Part shown: positions 63,201-64,000 of the stretch, in pieces
How positions within the stretch are numbered: the stretch's first letter is position 1
Layout: each line of letters starts with the position of its first letter
Assembly (NCBI GenBank): GCA_035063585.1
Contig: JAPSGB010000005.1
Span: 1 to 64,000, forward strand
Origin: Polyangiaceae bacterium
Lineage (GTDB): Bacteria; Myxococcota_A; Polyangia; Polyangiales; Polyangiaceae
Direction of reading: 5' to 3'
DNA length: 64,000 nucleotides
The notes under the pieces: generated by a model
Database searches by the model: none
What the model was told of the DNA's origin: nothing
What the model saw: only the letters and a program-made list of their open reading frames with translations
Program-made: the position numbers and the translations under genes

Positions 63201-63276
63201 GTCTCGGTGGAGGCGCGCCCGGACAAGCGGCCACTCCGAGCGCCAGGACCGACAGAAGCCATTTCGCGCGCTGCAT
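57232..63276 (-). CDS. Alpha-2-macroglobulin family lipoprotein with N-terminal Ig-like domains
   Basis: Lipobox VAA-C, DRHLYKPGE, LPDNLTRY, PRFL, thioester YPFDCNEQ, WLSTQEN, DPLPAGFE, AEEMYDPE.FGR. Confidence 0.95.
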   Translation of the reverse strand: MQRAKWLLSVLALGVAACPGAPPPRPPPKASPARSAPTEKVTWRASASGLGFRLSNAERERVESSRLARGAPLDAKETARVMARLPPFKERAAKTTVALRPGSLPPPRPGETVKTAFPPPAAAGPPPAATGGGALSVVRHAPDGDVAVAPNLSITFSEPMVPVTSFGELAKGESPVRLSPEPPGKWRWVGTQTLLFEPAGERFPASGRYAVEVPDGIRAASGHALASAARWSFTTPTLAFNQVFPNRHSDRTDVRPVIFASFNQRIDEDTLLAHLALESGVSTPFRRATEEELSKSPEIRDLSAQAEPHRWIALVPTSDLPVGASVALVLKKGATSAEGPLPTEQPQQETFTVHGPFQLEHARCGWSGSCPPLMPWTVELSNAVDADAFDPRMVTVEPPLAGLKIDVGGRYLSVRGESKGRTRYTISLSPELRDEFGQSLVTPAKAAITVSEAEPMLFPEQRDVVVLDPLAGGMLDAYSVNQPTLRVRLYSVEPSDYDAYVKFRQAYDWDGRVTTPPGRLVSDTRVPAKGERDALTRTQISLAPALRGGSGQVIALIEPPTQPKPRNRWDHRARQWVRAWVQVTRLGLTTFKDGTNVSAWVTELTTGAPVSGARVSIPSAASGTTGTDGIARLTLGSAGDLLVATRGDDRVFVPGQKGVGTFEARPAREETRWFVFDDRHLYKPGETVHVKGWLRRLTGGKDGDLARVSPRGPVTWSARDPRGADLAHGEAALDDADGFDFSLALPAGANLGGATILLEGPGGSRSTHDFEIQEFRRPEFEVTAQVSDGPHLVGGHALATVAATYFAGGGLGGASTTWHVTAEDARFTPPNRDGYHFGKPFRWWWGPESDEEARRGRATWTSTTDGEGRHRLRIDFDALEPAYPRALALTAEVADVNRQTWAARANLLVHPASVTVGLRAERQLLHAGQNAQLDVIVTDLDGNAVAGRPVSVEMARVEVTYRGRKRLERQVDPERCEVESASDALRCSLPTHGGGLHRLTAIVKDVHGRASQTESELWVLGADPPENPAVSRARVELVPDKKSYAGGETAELLVAAPFAPAEGVLTLRRGGVVKLQRFRLEKKTDTLKTALDPAWIPDVEARVDLVGARVRLGENGNPDPSLPLEPAAASGSVTLSVPPTDRTLAVEVAPTPKRLSPGGSTRIGVLVKDAAGRPVSGAAVALVAVDESILALAGYEFPDPIAALYPRRGSDVSDFESRLMLALLRPDTARFQLEPRERMAYDAGFGANGGVAKATAKPRMMAAAPAAASAAGRAAPPPMSSPSDARKREGSPAGESAKPLVVRSDFNPLAAFVPRLTTDARGRATATVKLPDNLTRYRLLAVASSGDKLFGKNESDVTARLPLMVRPSAPRFLNFGDHFELPVVLQNQTASPLTAEVALRADNAAVTGAAAVRVQVPANDRVEVRFPAAAGEPGTARFQVGALSPTGNDAAEFELPTWTPATTEAFATYGQLDQGAVAQPVKMPSGVFTEVGGLSITTSSTALAGLTDAVLYLARYPFDCNEQLASRMLAIAALKDVLGAFGAPGLPSKDALLATVAADQKKLAERQHYSDGWSYWRRDMTPDPFVSVHVAHALVRARLKGFPIDRSLLSSSLTYLRTIQSRFPPYYPPRERRTTRAYALLVRDLNGEDVSREATLLAREVKSLDDLSLDALGFILPLIAKDPAAAPELADIRRYLDNRVTETAGKAHFVTGVSDEAHVTLESSRRTDGILLEAFIRDRPSSDLIPKVAQGLLAARKRGRWLSTQENVFILLALDRYFSTYEKITPDFIARAWLGDRFAAEHAFKGRTTDRQAVEVPLSALAELPGSPSVTIAKDGPGRLYYRVGMSYVPKDLRPPPFEAGFSLSRVYEGAESSSDVRRDRDGVWHVKLGALVRVRLELVAPARRYHVALVDPLPAGFEAQNSALAMTGEIPRDPQQAQSGAPWWWTSAWYEHQNLRDERVEAFASLLWGGVYSYTYVARATTPGTFVAPPPKAEEMYDPETFGRGSGDRVVIE

Positions 63277-63436
63277 CGCCTCATTCCTCCGCGCTCGCGA
63301 CGGTATCACTCCCGCGCGCCACGCAAACGAGGTACGTTCGACGGGCGGTCAGGATCTCACCTCGCTCCCGGGATGCATACGGCCCCGGCGCGGCCCCGCG
63401 CTCCGCCGCCTCGTGCCGGCGGCCGGCGGCGGAGGC

Positions 63437-63829
63437 TCAGCGGTGAAAGAGCAGCCAGCTCACCGCCAAGACGAGGAGCAACACCACCCAGGTCAGCCAC
63501 TCGGCGCCTGGGCCCTTCGGCGCTCGCGCCGCCGCCCGGCGCTCATCGAGTCGTGCCAAGCGCTCCTCGAGGTCGTCGAATCGGCGCTCGAGCGCCCGCA
63601 GCCGATCATCCACCTCGACGTCGAGGGCGTCGGCTGGCGCTGGAGCGCTGAGCAGCGTGTCCCCGGAGGGCTCGCCGCGCGGGCGAGGGCGGTTCGAGGT
63701 GCGTGTGGGCGCCGGCGCCGCGGGCGGAGCGGAGGCGCCGGCGTCGCGCGCCGTCACCGGCGCGTCCTCGGGCATGGCGTCCCGCCGATCGTCGAAGGTA
63801 GACGGGGCGTCCGGCGGCTCGGTAGACAC
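63437..63829 (-). CDS. Small hypothetical protein (disordered N-terminus, coiled coil, C-terminal TM)
   Basis: LRALERRFDDLEERLARL then WLTWVVLLLVLAVSWLLF; directly after bamA; start may be 63775. Confidence 0.65.
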   Translation of the reverse strand: MSTEPPDAPSTFDDRRDAMPEDAPVTARDAGASAPPAAPAPTRTSNRPRPRGEPSGDTLLSAPAPADALDVEVDDRLRALERRFDDLEERLARLDERRAAARAPKGPGAEWLTWVVLLLVLAVSWLLFHR

Positions 63830-63835
63830 GACGGA

Positions 63836-64000
63836 TCAGAAGAAATTGCCGATGGTGAACTCGAACACGCTGCTCTCCTCGTAAGGGAGCGGCTTGAACG
63901 GGAAGCCCCACTCGAAACGGAGCGGGCCGAGCGGCGAGAACCAGCGGAGCCCAAAACCCCAGGAGGTCCGGAGATCCTCCAGGCTGGAGAAATCGAAGCA
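63836..64000 (-). CDS. bamA: Outer-membrane assembly factor BamA, C-terminal 54 aa (partial)
   Basis: Minus strand reads [25 protein letters not shown]...FEFTIGNFF*; not in the ORF track. Confidence 0.92.
   Translation of the reverse strand, partial: CFDFSSLEDLRTSWGFGLRWFSPLGPLRFEWGFPFKPLPYEESSVFEFTIGNFF

Overview
Very GC-rich bacterial DNA with a myxobacterial (Polyangiaceae/Sorangiineae-like) gene set. In order: a CAP-domain gene interrupted by an in-frame TAG (missed by the ORF track); dnaX-recR-ridA; a lipoprotein plus 7TM histidine kinase; a stand-alone HExxH-family protein; a ferredoxin; two gspC paralogues flanking a sigma54 activator, then a full gspC-N type II secretion operon; a ~1775-aa protein with a putative effector-associated domain, a pseudokinase and TPRs; ftsB; an ATPase-less MshEN/GspE-N protein; methylmalonyl-CoA mutase, meaB and epimerase; two beta-barrel-like proteins; an aconitase homologue lacking its Fe-S ligands and catalytic motifs; mglC-aroQ-accB-accC-meaB2; gyrA-nth-parC-parE; a pacifastin-like Cys-rich lipoprotein; cardiolipin synthase; a pentahaem cytochrome c lipoprotein; alpha-2-macroglobulin; and the 3' end of bamA. 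I saw no rRNA, tRNA, CRISPR array or mobile element. The most unusual items are the two intact pseudo-enzymes, the orphan HExxH enzyme and the readable sigma54 control region of the T2SS. All calls come from recognising motifs by eye; no database searches were run.
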